Positions 26,687 to 36,845 of a stretch of 50,301 nucleotides of DNA are shown here, in pieces (within the stretch, counting starts at the first letter, position 1; every line of letters starts with the position of its first letter). The stretch is from Myxococcota bacterium. Its GTDB lineage: Bacteria; Myxococcota_A; Polyangia; Polyangiales; Sandaracinaceae. The notes beneath the pieces were generated by a model, which saw only the letters and a program-made list of their open reading frames with translations, did no database searches and was not told the origin of the DNA. The stretch lies in NCBI GenBank assembly GCA_036149055.1, contig JAYZQJ010000116.1, forward strand, positions 1 through 50,301, given 5' to 3'. Position numbers and translations under genes: made by a program.

Positions 26687-27583
26687 TCACATCGGCGGGT
26701 CGGGCGGGCCGGCGTCGAAGCCGGCGCCCGGGCCGGCGTCGGGGACGCTGGCGTCCACGGGCTCGGGGCGGCCGGCGCAGACGCGGCCCTCACAGGTGAG
26801 GTCGTCCGCGCAGATGCCCTGGCCGTCGCCGCAGGCCTCGCCGACGGAGAGCCGGTTGACGGAGCCGTCGACGATGGCGCGGCGGACCCGCGTCTGCCCG
26901 GCTCGGGCGGAGATGGAGATGATAGCCGGCTCGTGGGCGAGCATGTCGCAGCTCGCGCGGGTGAGCGGGTCGAAGCAGCAGACGTCGACGCGGTTGCCGG
27001 TCACGGGAAGCGAGAACTCGTAGATCGTGTGCGGCCGAGTCTGATTGGGGCTCGGACCGAAGCCGTATGCGCCCTCGGCGCCGACGGAGGCGGGCTCCCC
27101 GTTGCGCTCCACCTCGACGTGCCCGTCGCCGTAGACGCGCAGGTCGAACCAGGTCTCGCCGACGCGGATCTGGAAGTAGTTGAAGCAGTCGGGCCGGATG
27201 CCCTCGACGTTCGCGCGCCAGTCGTTGAGGAAGTAGAGCCGCCCCTCGTGGTAGTCGACGTAGACGTCGGTGAAGAGCCCCTCGAGGCGCTCGGCGTCCC
27301 TCCACTCGTCGCCGGTGAACTGGCCGTCGACCACGTGCTGGTCGCTCGAGGTCTGCTCGCGCCAGCGCCCCTCGGCGTCCTGGACACGGCAGCTCCCGCG
27401 GTCGCAGTCGGGACCGCTGCACGGGCAGACCTGCTCCGAGGTCTCGACACACTCGCGCGTCTCTTCGTCGCAGACCACGCGCGTCTGCGTGACGGGACGG
27501 CTGCCGTCAGGGCATTCCAGCTCGTTGCACGAGGAGCCGAGCGCGAGCAACGCGAGCGAGCACATGAGAGTTCGGGGGGTCAT
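26687..27583 (-). CDS. Cys-rich lipoprotein
   Basis: Signal peptide with LGSSC lipobox; VDGQFTGDEW motif; C-terminal DAS/DAG repeats. Confidence 0.75.
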   Translation of the reverse strand: MTPRTLMCSLALLALGSSCNELECPDGSRPVTQTRVVCDEETRECVETSEQVCPCSGPDCDRGSCRVQDAEGRWREQTSSDQHVVDGQFTGDEWRDAERLEGLFTDVYVDYHEGRLYFLNDWRANVEGIRPDCFNYFQIRVGETWFDLRVYGDGHVEVERNGEPASVGAEGAYGFGPSPNQTRPHTIYEFSLPVTGNRVDVCCFDPLTRASCDMLAHEPAIISISARAGQTRVRRAIVDGSVNRLSVGEACGDGQGICADDLTCEGRVCAGRPEPVDASVPDAGPGAGFDAGPPDPPM

Positions 27584-27605
27584 CGCGTCATTCTCCAGGT
27601 TCGGG

Positions 27606-28841
27606 TCAAGGCAGCTCCGCGGCGCCGAGGAGGCGGACCCCACGGCTGCGGCTGCTGAACGCGGCGTCGAGCTCGCCGTCACCGTCGAAGTCGCCGAGGG
27701 CCACGGACTCGCCGAGCCGGTCGCCGCCGACCGTGAGGGGGCTGCCGCTCCAGTCGCGGCGGCTCGTGAGATCGGGCGTGGACAGCACGCGCAGGGCGCC
27801 CCGGCAGGCGTCGCCTTCGCACGCGTCGCCCGGGCAGCCGAGCAACACCACGGACGCTCGCTCGCGGGCGCCCAGCACGCAGCCGGGCGAGCCGGTGTCG
27901 AGGCTGGCGACCTCGGTCACCTCCGAAGCCGCGAGCCGATAGGCGACCAGGCGATCGGAGGCGCCCGTCTCGCGCCAGAGGACCACGACGCCACCGCTCG
28001 CGTGGGCGACCAGGCTCGCGGGCTCGGGCCCCGGGATGCGCGCGCTGGGCGCTCGGCCGTCCGGAGGCAGGGCCACCGGGCCCGGGTAGACGGCGACCCC
28101 GCCGGGCTCGGCGATCGCGAGGTCGTCGCGGCCGTCGCCGTCCACGTCGCCGAGCCCGAAGACCGCGCCGAGATCGCTGGGGGCGTCGAGCCGCGCGTCG
28201 ACGAGGGGCGCGGCGCCGGGATGGATCCAGGCGCGCCCGTCGCAGGCTTCGATCCAGAGCTCGTCCGCGCCGTCCCCGTCGAGGTCGCCGAGGGCCCGCA
28301 CGCTCGCGCCGTGAGGGGTCAGAGACGGCAGCGCCTCGAGCCGGTCCGGCAGGGCGCGCGAGGGGGCGCCGGCGAGGAGGTGGACGGCGCCCTCGCCCTC
28401 CACCGAGAGGGCGACCGCGAGGTCGAGCACTCCGTCCCCGTCGAAGTCTCCCGCCGCGAGCCCGCCGCGGACGTCGACCGGCGCGCTCGCTCCGTCGCGA
28501 ACGACGCGCGACTCGAAAGACTCGCCGAGCAGGGCGTGATCGAGCTCGTCCTCGACGCTCGGCGGCACGTCGACGCCGCCGTAGAGCAGGCGGAGGCGCG
28601 GGGCGAGCCGGGGCCGGGCGCGCTCGGCGAGCAGCTCGAGGACCGCGAGGTCGTCGCGGCCGTCCCCGTCGAGGTCGGCGAGCGCGATGCCGAGCACCGC
28701 GGAGGAGGTCGTGCCGACGCCGGCGTCCGGAGCGGGCTGCGCGTCGGCCTGCGCGTCGATCGCCGCGTCGCTCCCGCTCGTCGCGACGTGCGAGTCGTAG
28801 GTGCAGCCGAGCGCGAGCAGCGCGAAGAGCGCCCGGGTCAT
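27606..28841 (-). CDS. FG-GAP/VCBS repeat lipoprotein
   Basis: Lipobox ALGC; five D(L/F/V)DGDG..D(L/E) Ca-binding repeats. Confidence 0.85.
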   Translation of the reverse strand: MTRALFALLALGCTYDSHVATSGSDAAIDAQADAQPAPDAGVGTTSSAVLGIALADLDGDGRDDLAVLELLAERARPRLAPRLRLLYGGVDVPPSVEDELDHALLGESFESRVVRDGASAPVDVRGGLAAGDFDGDGVLDLAVALSVEGEGAVHLLAGAPSRALPDRLEALPSLTPHGASVRALGDLDGDGADELWIEACDGRAWIHPGAAPLVDARLDAPSDLGAVFGLGDVDGDGRDDLAIAEPGGVAVYPGPVALPPDGRAPSARIPGPEPASLVAHASGGVVVLWRETGASDRLVAYRLAASEVTEVASLDTGSPGCVLGARERASVVLLGCPGDACEGDACRGALRVLSTPDLTSRRDWSGSPLTVGGDRLGESVALGDFDGDGELDAAFSSRSRGVRLLGAAELP

Positions 28842-29497
28842 GGCGCCTCCTCGAGCGCCGCGCGGGCGCGCTCGGCGAGCCGCTCCCGCTCCACCTCGAG
28901 CTGCCCCTCCGCGAAGCGGCGGCGGTGCTCGGCGGCGAGCCGGAGCGTCGCTCGGGGGTCGTCCGCGAGCGACCGGCGCATGCGCTGCACGAGGGCGAGC
29001 TCCGCGGCGAAGTCGTTCTGCGCGGGGGCCTCCTCGGGTCGCGGGGGCGCGGCCGGAGCCTCCTCGGGCGCCTCCACCTCGACGGGCGCCTCGATGGGCG
29101 CCTGGACGGGCGCCTCGACGGCCGCTTCGACCTGCGGCTCGACGTCGGGCGCGACGGGCGCTGCGGGCGCGGGCGGCTCGGGCGCCAGCTCGCGCGGGGT
29201 CGGCGCGCGCTCCGGCTCGGGCGCGGGCGGGTCGCCGAGCAGCCAGATCGCGCCGACGGCCACGAGCGCGACCCCGAGGGCGATCCAGAGCTTGCCCGCC
29301 CAAAGCGCGAGGCCGCTCTGGCCGGCGACGCCCGTCGCAGCGGTCGCGTCGGTGGGCCAGACGTCGGGCCCGGCGCCGATCTCGGCCGCGATGCCGCGGG
29401 AGATCCGGGCGAGCGCCTCGGGGTCGTCGTCGAGCGTCGCGCTGCGCAGGACCTCGTGCAGCTCCGGGTCGTCGACCAGGCGTCGAGGGTCGCTCAT
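28838..29497 (-). CDS. Putative anti-sigma factor (TM, Pro-rich linker, short C-terminal helical domain)
   Basis: Coupled to the ECF sigma gene. ELALVQRMRRSL..DP..TLRLAAEHRRRFAEGQLEVERE is a typical myxobacterial anti-sigma C-terminus. Confidence 0.7.
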   Translation of the reverse strand: MSDPRRLVDDPELHEVLRSATLDDDPEALARISRGIAAEIGAGPDVWPTDATAATGVAGQSGLALWAGKLWIALGVALVAVGAIWLLGDPPAPEPERAPTPRELAPEPPAPAAPVAPDVEPQVEAAVEAPVQAPIEAPVEVEAPEEAPAAPPRPEEAPAQNDFAAELALVQRMRRSLADDPRATLRLAAEHRRRFAEGQLEVERERLAERARAALEEAP

Positions 29498-30042
29498 GTC
29501 GTCCTCCGGGACGGCGCGGCGACGGCCAGCTCCTGCCGAGCGAGCGCCTTGCGCACGATCTCCCGCGCCGCGTGGAGGCGCGTGTACGCGGTCTGGACCG
29601 GGATCTCGAGCAGCTTCGCCACCTCCGGCATCGACAGCTCCTCGAGCTCGTAGAGCACCAGCACCTCGCGCTTGTCGTCGTCGAGCCGAGAGAGCGCGTC
29701 ATCGAGCCGACGGCGCGCCTCGCTGCGCCGCACCGCGCGCTCCTGCGCCGGCGGGACGGCGACCTCGATCTCCTCGCTCCGGCGGGCGCGCCGCTGACGC
29801 TTGCGGTGGTCGGCGAGCACGCGGCGCAGGATGCCGAAGAGCACGGCCCGGACCGGGGCGTCGCGCTCGAGCAGCTCCGGTCGCCGATGCAGCACGACGA
29901 AGACCTGCTGGGTGAGGTCTTCGGCGTCGCTCGGCGTGGCCCCGAGCCTGCGGATCGTCCTGAGCACGAACGCACCTTCCTCCCGGAACACCCGGGCGAG
30001 CGAGCGCGCCTCAGCGGGAGACGTGGGGACGCGTTCGCTCAT
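29494..30042 (-). CDS. ECF RNA polymerase sigma-70 factor
   Basis: DAEDLTQQVFVVLHRR (region 2) and REVLVLYELEELSMPEVAKLLEIPVQTAYTRLHAAR (region 4). Confidence 0.93.
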   Translation of the reverse strand: MSERVPTSPAEARSLARVFREEGAFVLRTIRRLGATPSDAEDLTQQVFVVLHRRPELLERDAPVRAVLFGILRRVLADHRKRQRRARRSEEIEVAVPPAQERAVRRSEARRRLDDALSRLDDDKREVLVLYELEELSMPEVAKLLEIPVQTAYTRLHAAREIVRKALARQELAVAAPSRRTT

Positions 30043-30073
30043 CGTGAGAAGCCATGGACGCTCGGGACCGGGG

Positions 30074-31048
30074 TTATGGAAAAAAGTGGAGGCCGACCCA
30101 CGCGACGACGCCACCGAAGACGGGAGCGAAGTCGAGCGCGACCGCGCGGGGGTCGGTCTGGGTGGAGACGACGAGGGTCGGCGTCCAGAGCGGGACGCCG
30201 AGCAGCGCGTCGAGGCGGAAGGAGAGCGCGTCGAAGGACAGCTCGGCGCGCGCCCGGAGATCGGCGGCCAGCCAGGGATCGGTGCGCGCGAGCGACTCGA
30301 CGTCGAAGCCGGACGCCCGCGTGTCGAGCGCGCCGAGGGCGAGCCCCGCGCAGCCGCCGAGCCAGAGCTCCCGCGCGACCTCTCCGCCCGGGCACCCGCT
30401 GAGCCGCGCCGCGTACCAGAAGAGCGCGAGCGAGCCCTCGCGCACCGCGACGTCCCGAGGCAGCGCGGCGACGAGGCCCAGCTCGATGGAGACGGGAGCG
30501 GCGCCCCGCCAGGCCACCGACAGCTCCGCCGCGAAGCCGCTGGCGGGGCTCCGCTCGCCGAGCCAGGCGCCGACGTGGACGGAGACGCGCTGCGGGTCGT
30601 CGGGAGACGGCTCCTCGGGCGGCGCCGGGCTCGGCGGCTGCGCCTCCGGCTCGGGCTCCGGCGCTGGCTCGGGCGCTGGCTCGGCCGGCGGCGCGGGCTG
30701 CGCGGCGACCGCCTCCTCCCACTCCGCGATCGCCACGCCCACGATGAGCGCGACCGCCTCGGGCAGCCGCCCCGCCTCCTCGGCCGGCAGGGCGATCTGG
30801 CGCGAAGCCACCGCGCGCGCCGAGGCGACGGTGACCTCGACCGCGACCGACGCCCCGCAACGCACCCGCACCCGCACCGCCACGTCCCGGCCGCCCAGCT
30901 CCGTCATCGCGGCGGCCCGCAGCGCCTCCGCCTCCACGCACTCCCCCGCCAGCTCGAGCGCCACCGGCCCGACCTGCTGCGCGCGCGCCGCCCCCGCGAC
31001 CCAGACCACCGCAAGGCACGCGAGGACCCCCGAGCTCACACACCGCAT
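30074..31048 (-). CDS. Secreted/outer-membrane protein with C-terminal beta-barrel-like domain
   Basis: Signal peptide, Pro-rich linker, alternating-strand C-terminus ending VGLHFFP; first gene of the ECF cluster. Confidence 0.6.
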   Translation of the reverse strand: MRCVSSGVLACLAVVWVAGAARAQQVGPVALELAGECVEAEALRAAAMTELGGRDVAVRVRVRCGASVAVEVTVASARAVASRQIALPAEEAGRLPEAVALIVGVAIAEWEEAVAAQPAPPAEPAPEPAPEPEPEAQPPSPAPPEEPSPDDPQRVSVHVGAWLGERSPASGFAAELSVAWRGAAPVSIELGLVAALPRDVAVREGSLALFWYAARLSGCPGGEVARELWLGGCAGLALGALDTRASGFDVESLARTDPWLAADLRARAELSFDALSFRLDALLGVPLWTPTLVVSTQTDPRAVALDFAPVFGGVVAWVGLHFFP

Positions 31049-31203
31049 GCGCGGTGGACAGTGACGGATGCCGGAGCCGGCCTCAACCGACGTAGAGGGG
31101 CGCGGGGCGTGAGGATTCGCGCACCCCGGTTGGTGGACAGGTCGACGGCGGCGTTCAATATTTCCGCTGGCCGAGCGGCCGGAATCCCAGCGAGAGGCTC
31201 GAG

Positions 31204-32154
31204 ATGCTGCGTCACACCGCCGACCTACGCTCGATCGCGTTCGTCCTGACCTACTTCGTGCTCATCGGCGTCGCCTACACGGTGGCGATGCCCTGGTACG
31301 CGTGGATCGGGCTGGCGGGCGTGCTGAGCCTGCTGTCGTTCTTCTGCGCGGTCATCACCCACAACACCGTGCACTGCCCGGTGTTCAAGAGCCGCGGGCT
31401 CAACAGCATCTTCCAGGTCGCGCTGAGCCTGACCTACGGCCACCCGGTGAGCATGTTCGTGCCCGGGCACAACCTCAGCCACCACAAGTACACGCAGCAG
31501 ACCCGGGACCGGATGCGCACCGACAAGATGCGTTTCCGCTGGAATCTGCTGAACCAGCTCTTCTTCATGTTCGTGGTGGGCCCGCCGATCTTCAAGGACA
31601 ACGCCCGCTTCGTGAAGGCCATGAAGACCAAGAACCCGAAGTGGTACCGGCAGTTCATCGTCGAGCTGGTGGTCTACGTGGTGTTCCTGGCGGTGCTCCT
31701 GGTGCTCGACCCGATCAAGTTCGTCGTCTTCGTGCTCATCCCGCACCAGTACGCGGCGTGGGGCATCATGGGCATCAACTTCGTGCAGCACGACGGCTGC
31801 GACGGGAGCCACGAGTTCAACCACTCGCGGAACTTCACCGGCAAGCTCGTCAACTGGTTCACCTTCAACAACGGCTTCCACGGGATGCACCACATGCGCC
31901 CCGGCCTGCACTGGAGCCTGCTGCCCGCCGCCCACGCGAAGGAGCTGGGGCCGTTCATCCACCCGAACCTCGATCGGAAGAGCCTGCTGAAGTACTGCTT
32001 CGAGGCCTACGTGTGGCCCGGCAAGCGGCTCGACTACGAGGGCAACCCGGTGGTCCTGGACGCGCCACGCGAGGACGACGACTGGATGCCGGCGACGCTC
32101 AAGAAGGAGCTCGACATCTACGACGCCGACTACGTCCCGTCCGCCCAGGCGTAG
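31204..32154 (+). CDS. Membrane fatty acid desaturase family protein
   Basis: Three His boxes HNTVH, HNLSHH and HGMHH; TM segments. Confidence 0.9.
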   Translation: MLRHTADLRSIAFVLTYFVLIGVAYTVAMPWYAWIGLAGVLSLLSFFCAVITHNTVHCPVFKSRGLNSIFQVALSLTYGHPVSMFVPGHNLSHHKYTQQTRDRMRTDKMRFRWNLLNQLFFMFVVGPPIFKDNARFVKAMKTKNPKWYRQFIVELVVYVVFLAVLLVLDPIKFVVFVLIPHQYAAWGIMGINFVQHDGCDGSHEFNHSRNFTGKLVNWFTFNNGFHGMHHMRPGLHWSLLPAAHAKELGPFIHPNLDRKSLLKYCFEAYVWPGKRLDYEGNPVVLDAPREDDDWMPATLKKELDIYDADYVPSAQA

Positions 32155-32160
32155 CGTAGG

Positions 32161-32505
32161 CTACGCCGCGGCGAACACGACGAGGCCGGCGACGAGCACG
32201 AGCAGGCCGAGCAGCTCGCGGAGGCCCACCTTCTCCTTCAGCCAGAGCGCGCTCAGGCCGATGGTGAGCGGGTAGGTCAGCGTGATCCAGACGCTCAGCT
32301 CGCGCAGCGTCATGCCGTGGAGCGCGAGCTGGGTCAGCAGCGTCATGCCGAAGAGGAAGGCGTAGCCGACGATCAGGCGCCAGCTCGTGAAGATGCGGAG
32401 GCCGCTCGAGGCGCGGGTGCTCGCCTGCTTCACCAGCACCTGCCCCAGCCCGGTCATGAGCACCGCGGCGAGCACGTAGGCGTGCGCCGGCCCGAGCGAG
32501 CTCAT
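32161..32505 (-). CDS. Small DMT/EamA (SMR/ArnE-F-like) membrane transporter subunit
   Basis: Four TM helices, GQVLVK and LKEKVG motifs; paired with the adjacent subunit. Confidence 0.75.
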   Translation of the reverse strand: MSSLGPAHAYVLAAVLMTGLGQVLVKQASTRASSGLRIFTSWRLIVGYAFLFGMTLLTQLALHGMTLRELSVWITLTYPLTIGLSALWLKEKVGLRELLGLLVLVAGLVVFAAA

Positions 32506-32885
32506 CGATCCCTCCCGGCGAGGATCCAGACGCCGAGGGCGACGAGGGCCATGCCGACCACGTGCTGCCCGACCACCGACTCGCCGAGCAGCGCCGCCGC
32601 GCCGACCAGGTTGAGCGGGGGGATGAACGCGGTGAAGGGATAGGCGCGGCTCAGCGGGATGCGGCGCAGGACGAACGGCCACACCAGCCCGTTGACAGCC
32701 AGGAACGCGACGCTGCCGAAGAAGAAGGGGTCGACCCAGCTCTGGACCGCCGACTCCGACGCGGTGCGCAGGCCCGCCACGCGCTGACAGAGGAAGGCCC
32801 CGACCTGCACCAGGATGCTGACCGCGAGGAGCGACGCCGCGACGAGGTCGAAGCCCTGGAGGCGAGGCTGGGTCGCGTCGGCCAC
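32502..32885 (-). CDS. Small DMT/EamA (SMR/ArnE-F-like) membrane transporter subunit
   Basis: W..VLRRIPLSRAYPF and LLGESV motifs; four TM helices. Confidence 0.8.
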   Translation of the reverse strand: MADATQPRLQGFDLVAASLLAVSILVQVGAFLCQRVAGLRTASESAVQSWVDPFFFGSVAFLAVNGLVWPFVLRRIPLSRAYPFTAFIPPLNLVGAAALLGESVVGQHVVGMALVALGVWILAGRDR

Positions 32886-32925
32886 GAAGGTTCGATAGCC
32901 CCCGCGGCCGGATCTCGAAACCTTA

Positions 32926-32954
32926 TTGACGAATCGTCATTTACGATCCAGGCT
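32926..32954 (+). promoter_or_regulatory. Putative sigma70-type promoter with overlapping TetR operator
   Basis: TTGACG at 32926-31, 17-nt spacer, CAGGCT at 32949-54, then ATG 7 nt later (possibly leaderless). Palindrome TGACGA-A-TCGTCA at 32927-39. Confidence 0.55.
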
Positions 32955-32961
32955 GCTCGTC

Positions 32962-33555
32962 ATGAGGCGCAGGCTGAGCCCCGAGGAGCGGCGCGAGGAG
33001 CTGCTGGCGTTCGGCCAGGGGTTCTTCGCGGAGCACCCCGCGGACGCGTTCACGATGGACCAGATCGCGGCGCGGGCCGGGGTCTCCAAGGGGCTGCTGT
33101 ACAACTACTTCGGCGGTCGGCGCGGCTTCTACGTGGCCACCGTCGAGGCGATCGCGCAGCAGGTCTCGATCCTCACCGAGCCCGAGGGGGACATGGCCTT
33201 CGTCGACGCGCTGCAGCGGGCGCTCGCGCGCTACCTCGGCTGGGTCGAGGACCACGGGGACGTCTACCGGGTGCTCGTGCAGGGCGGGCTGGGCGTCGAC
33301 CCGGAGGTCGCCGCGATCGTGGAGCGGCTGCGCCGGACGACGGTGGAGCGGGTCACGAGCCGCATGCGGGTCACCGCGTCGCCGGCGCTGCGGCTCGCGA
33401 TCTACGGGTGGGTGTGCTTCGCCGAGCACGCCTGCCTCGAGTGGCTCTCGCAGCCCGAGGTCGACGCGGACGCGATGCTCGCGCTCCTCACCGGCGCGCT
33501 CGCCGGGGCGATCTCGGGCGCGGGGCTCTCCTGGGACGAGGTGATGCATGCGTGA
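32962..33555 (+). CDS. TetR/AcrR family regulator
   Basis: RRRLSPEERREELL...TMDQIAARAGVSKGLLYNYF HTH. Confidence 0.93.
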   Translation: MRRRLSPEERREELLAFGQGFFAEHPADAFTMDQIAARAGVSKGLLYNYFGGRRGFYVATVEAIAQQVSILTEPEGDMAFVDALQRALARYLGWVEDHGDVYRVLVQGGLGVDPEVAAIVERLRRTTVERVTSRMRVTASPALRLAIYGWVCFAEHACLEWLSQPEVDADAMLALLTGALAGAISGAGLSWDEVMHA

Positions 33556-34387
33556 CGACGCGCTCTGGCGCCCCCACGTCGGCGGGCTGGCCTGGCCGAC
33601 CCTGCTCCTGCTCGCGGTCGTGATCGCGCTGACTGCGGTGGCGTGGAGCGGCCTGGTCCCGCTCTGGGCCGGCGGCGGGATGGCCACGCTCGCCGCCTAC
33701 CTGGCGTTCACCGTCATGCACGAGGCCAGTCACGGCAACGTGCACGGGAGCCGCCGCGAGCTCCGGTGGCTCGGCGAGGCCTGCGGGTGGATCGCAAGCG
33801 TCACCCTCTTCGCGCCCTACCCCGCCTTCCGGGTGCTGCACCTGCGCCACCACAGCCACACCAACGACCCGGAGCGCGATCCGGACTTCTTCGTCGCCGG
33901 CTCCCCCGCGATGGCGCCGCTCCGCTGCCTGACCACCATCCCGCGCTACTACGCCGAGTTTCTCTTCGGCGCGGCGTCACGATCGAAGGCGGCGAAGAAG
34001 GAGCGCGGCGCGCTGCTCGTCGGGCTCGGCCTCTTCGTCGCGACCGCCGTGGGGCTCTCCGCGCTCGGCCTCTGGCGCGAGGTGCTGGCGCTCTGGATCG
34101 CGCCGGCGCTCGCCGCCTCGGCGATCCTCGCCTACTTCTTCGACTGGCTCCCGCACCACCCGCATCGCAGCCGCGAGCGCTGGCACGACACGCGCGCGAT
34201 CGACGTCGGCTTGCTCGACGCGCCGCTCCTGGGTCAGAACCTCCACCTGGTCCATCATCTCTTCCCGCGGGTGCCCTTCTACCGCTACCGGGCCGTCTTC
34301 GAGGCGGCGCGCGCGCGGATCGAAGCCGAGGGCGCCCCGGTCGTCCGCCTGCTTGGCGCGGCGCGCCCCGTCACGGAGGATTCATGA
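33548..34387 (+). CDS. Fatty acid desaturase / CrtR-like hydroxylase family protein
   Basis: His boxes HEASH, HLRHH and HLVHH; FFDWLPHHP and LGQNLHL motifs. Confidence 0.88.
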   Translation: MRDDALWRPHVGGLAWPTLLLLAVVIALTAVAWSGLVPLWAGGGMATLAAYLAFTVMHEASHGNVHGSRRELRWLGEACGWIASVTLFAPYPAFRVLHLRHHSHTNDPERDPDFFVAGSPAMAPLRCLTTIPRYYAEFLFGAASRSKAAKKERGALLVGLGLFVATAVGLSALGLWREVLALWIAPALAASAILAYFFDWLPHHPHRSRERWHDTRAIDVGLLDAPLLGQNLHLVHHLFPRVPFYRYRAVFEAARARIEAEGAPVVRLLGAARPVTEDS

Positions 34388-34812
34388 GCGAGCTCTACTG
34401 GTCCGAGCCCTACAACGAGCGATTCGTCGAGGCTCTCAATCGGGATCCGCGCTTCCAGAAAGCCGCGAAGAAGTTCGACGACGCCGTCGTGTTCCGCTGC
34501 CTGGGCACCCCGGAGGGCAAGGACGTCTCGGTCACCTACCGCATCGTGAAGGGCAAGGTCACGATGGAGCGCCGCGAGGGCAAGGCGCCCGCGCCGGAGA
34601 TCCGCGGCGAGCGGCTCGAGGGCGCCTTCGCCCGCACCACCGCGCCCTACGATCTGTGGGTGAAGCTCGACAAGGGCGACATCAGCGTCGCCCGCGCCAT
34701 CGCCTCGCCCGACTACCAGGTCGAGGGATCGAAGCTGAAGATCATGCGCCACGTCGCCGTGTTCCAGGCGATGGCCGCGGTCGGCGCCGACACCCCCAAG
34801 CGCTACGCCTGA
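34384..34812 (+). CDS. SCP2 sterol/lipid-binding domain protein
   Basis: APYDLWVKLDKGDISVARAI...VEGSKLKIM fits the SCP2 C-terminal pattern. ATGA-coupled to the desaturase. Confidence 0.7.
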   Translation: MSELYWSEPYNERFVEALNRDPRFQKAAKKFDDAVVFRCLGTPEGKDVSVTYRIVKGKVTMERREGKAPAPEIRGERLEGAFARTTAPYDLWVKLDKGDISVARAIASPDYQVEGSKLKIMRHVAVFQAMAAVGADTPKRYA

Positions 34813-34854
34813 TTTCGGGGGAACCTTCGCGGGCGCGCGGCCTCCCACCGCGCG

Positions 34855-36589
34855 ATGCGATGGTGGGGGATCGGGCTCCTGGGGATTTCGAGCGCCGTGG
34901 CGGCGGTCGCCATCTCGTGCGAGCGGGTGGATCGCGACGCCGAGACCGGGCCGCAGGCCGCGCGCGTGGTGGCGGCGCCGGGGGGCCCAGGCCACGTCGG
35001 CGTCGGCGGGGACGGTGGCGTGGAGGGCGCGGCCCGCGGCGACGGCGGCGACGCCCTGGCGCTCCTCCGGGAGATGACCGGGAGCGGCGCGCCGGAGACC
35101 TTCTGCCGGACCGCGCGGGTCATCGTCCCGGGCGGGCAGCCGATCGCCGACGCGATGGTGCTGTCGGGCGAGGTGGGGGGATCCATCTCCGAGCAGCGCA
35201 CCGACGCGGACGGAGAGGTGGAGGTCTGCTTCCCCCTCCAGGCGCGGATCTCGCTCGAGGCCTTCGACGACGACGGTCGGTGGCACCGCGCGAGTGGTCC
35301 CTGGCGACGGGATGACACGCCGATCGTGCTGGTGCCGATGGCCGCCCCCGAGCTCTCGGTGCGCGCGACCGATCCAGAGGGGCGCCCGGTCGAAGGGGCG
35401 CGCGTGTACGCGAACGGAGGCAGGCACCCCGAGCTCGAGCGAGACGCGCTCGAGGAGGCAAACCTCGCGTACACCGGGGTCGGGCCGGCGCGGACCGACG
35501 CCGACGGGCGCGCCGTCGTGCGGACGGGACGCGTGGGGATCTTTCGCCTCGTCGTCGATCACGACGGCTACCTGCCGTCGGTCTCCGGGGAGCTCTACGG
35601 CCGCCCCGGCGAGCACGCGAGCGTGGACGTCACCTTGCGGCCGGGCGTGCGGGTGTGCGGCGAGCTGTGGCTCGAGGGGAGGCCGACGCGCGGCTGGGTC
35701 GAGCTGAGCGGCCGCTCGGCGCCGGTCGGGGGTGATGGCCGATTCTGCTTCGACGAGCGGCTCGAGCCCGGCGCGCAGAGGAGGCTCGTGTACGGCGCCG
35801 AGGGGGCGGTCGAAGGGCGCCGCGTCGTCGTGGCCGACGGGACCCCGCTGCGGCTGGAGCTCGAGCGCGCCGGGACGATCGAGGTGGTCACCACGGTGGA
35901 CCGGGCGATCGCCGACTGCATCGGCTGGGGGTCGATGAGCCTCGAGAACGACCACTCGATCCGCCGGGGAGAGACCTGGTTTGGCGAGCCCTCACCCCTC
36001 CGCGGGGTCGCGCCGGGCGAGTACACGCTGCACGTCCAGGGCGTCGGCCTCTCGCTCGAGCGGCGCGTGACGGTGCGCGCAGGAGTCACCGCCGAGGCGC
36101 GCGTCGAGCTCCGCCTCCCCCCCGGCCACGGCCTGGTCGGGCTGCGGGACCGCGCGACTTGGGCCACCGTCGAGTCGCCAGACGGCGCGCTGGAGGTCTC
36201 CGGCTGCCGCGCGCTGCCGCCCGGCGCGCACGTCGTCCGCTACGGCGGCGAGCCGGTCTCGATCCACGTGCAGGCCGGCCAGGTCTCCTGGATCGAGGCG
36301 CCCACCTACGAAGAGGCCGCGCCTCCTGCGCCGCCCCCGACCGCTCCCGAGCGCTGCAGGCCGAGCGTCTACGTGCGGGGGGCGGAGGCGGAGGTCACCT
36401 ACGCGCGCCGCGCGGTGAGCGCCGCGGCTGCCCGGGGACCACCTGATCTCGGTGAACGGCGTGGGGGTCGCGGAGGACGAGGTCGGGGAGACGTTCGTCG
36501 GCGCGCGCGACACCCTGGTGACGCTGGTGTTCGAGCGAGACGGGCGACGATTCACCGAGCGGCTGCCTCGCGACCGCTGCCCACGCTGA
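34855..36589 (+). pseudogene. Carboxypeptidase-regulatory-like repeat lipoprotein with C-terminal PDZ domain, frameshifted near 36420-36428
   Basis: DPEGRPVEGARV and RTDADG repeats. The PDZ-like sequence LPGDHLISVNG...VTLVFERDG lies in another frame (36428-36589). Confidence 0.65.
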
Positions 36590-36602
36590 TATCTTCACCG
36601 GG

Positions 36603-36833
36603 TTGAGCAAGCGGAGGCGCGAGGATTGGGAGCGGCGCGGGCGGGTCATGAAGGGCCTCGTCGTCGTCGTGCTCGTGGCCGCGATCACCGCCTGGCTCGC
36701 CCGGAACGACGCGCCGCCGCATCGCTGGCTCGAGCCGCTGGTGGGGGCGCGCGGCAGCTACGCCATCGTGTTCCTCGGCCTGCTCGCGCCCGTCCTCGGG
36801 CTGAAGCTCTGGCTCGACGCCCGCAAAGGCTGA
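36603..36833 (+). CDS. Small two-TM membrane protein
   Basis: Two hydrophobic helices; start either TTG 36603 or ATG 36648. Confidence 0.55.
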   Translation: MSKRRREDWERRGRVMKGLVVVVLVAAITAWLARNDAPPHRWLEPLVGARGSYAIVFLGLLAPVLGLKLWLDARKG

Positions 36834-36845
36834 TACAGAAGGCGA

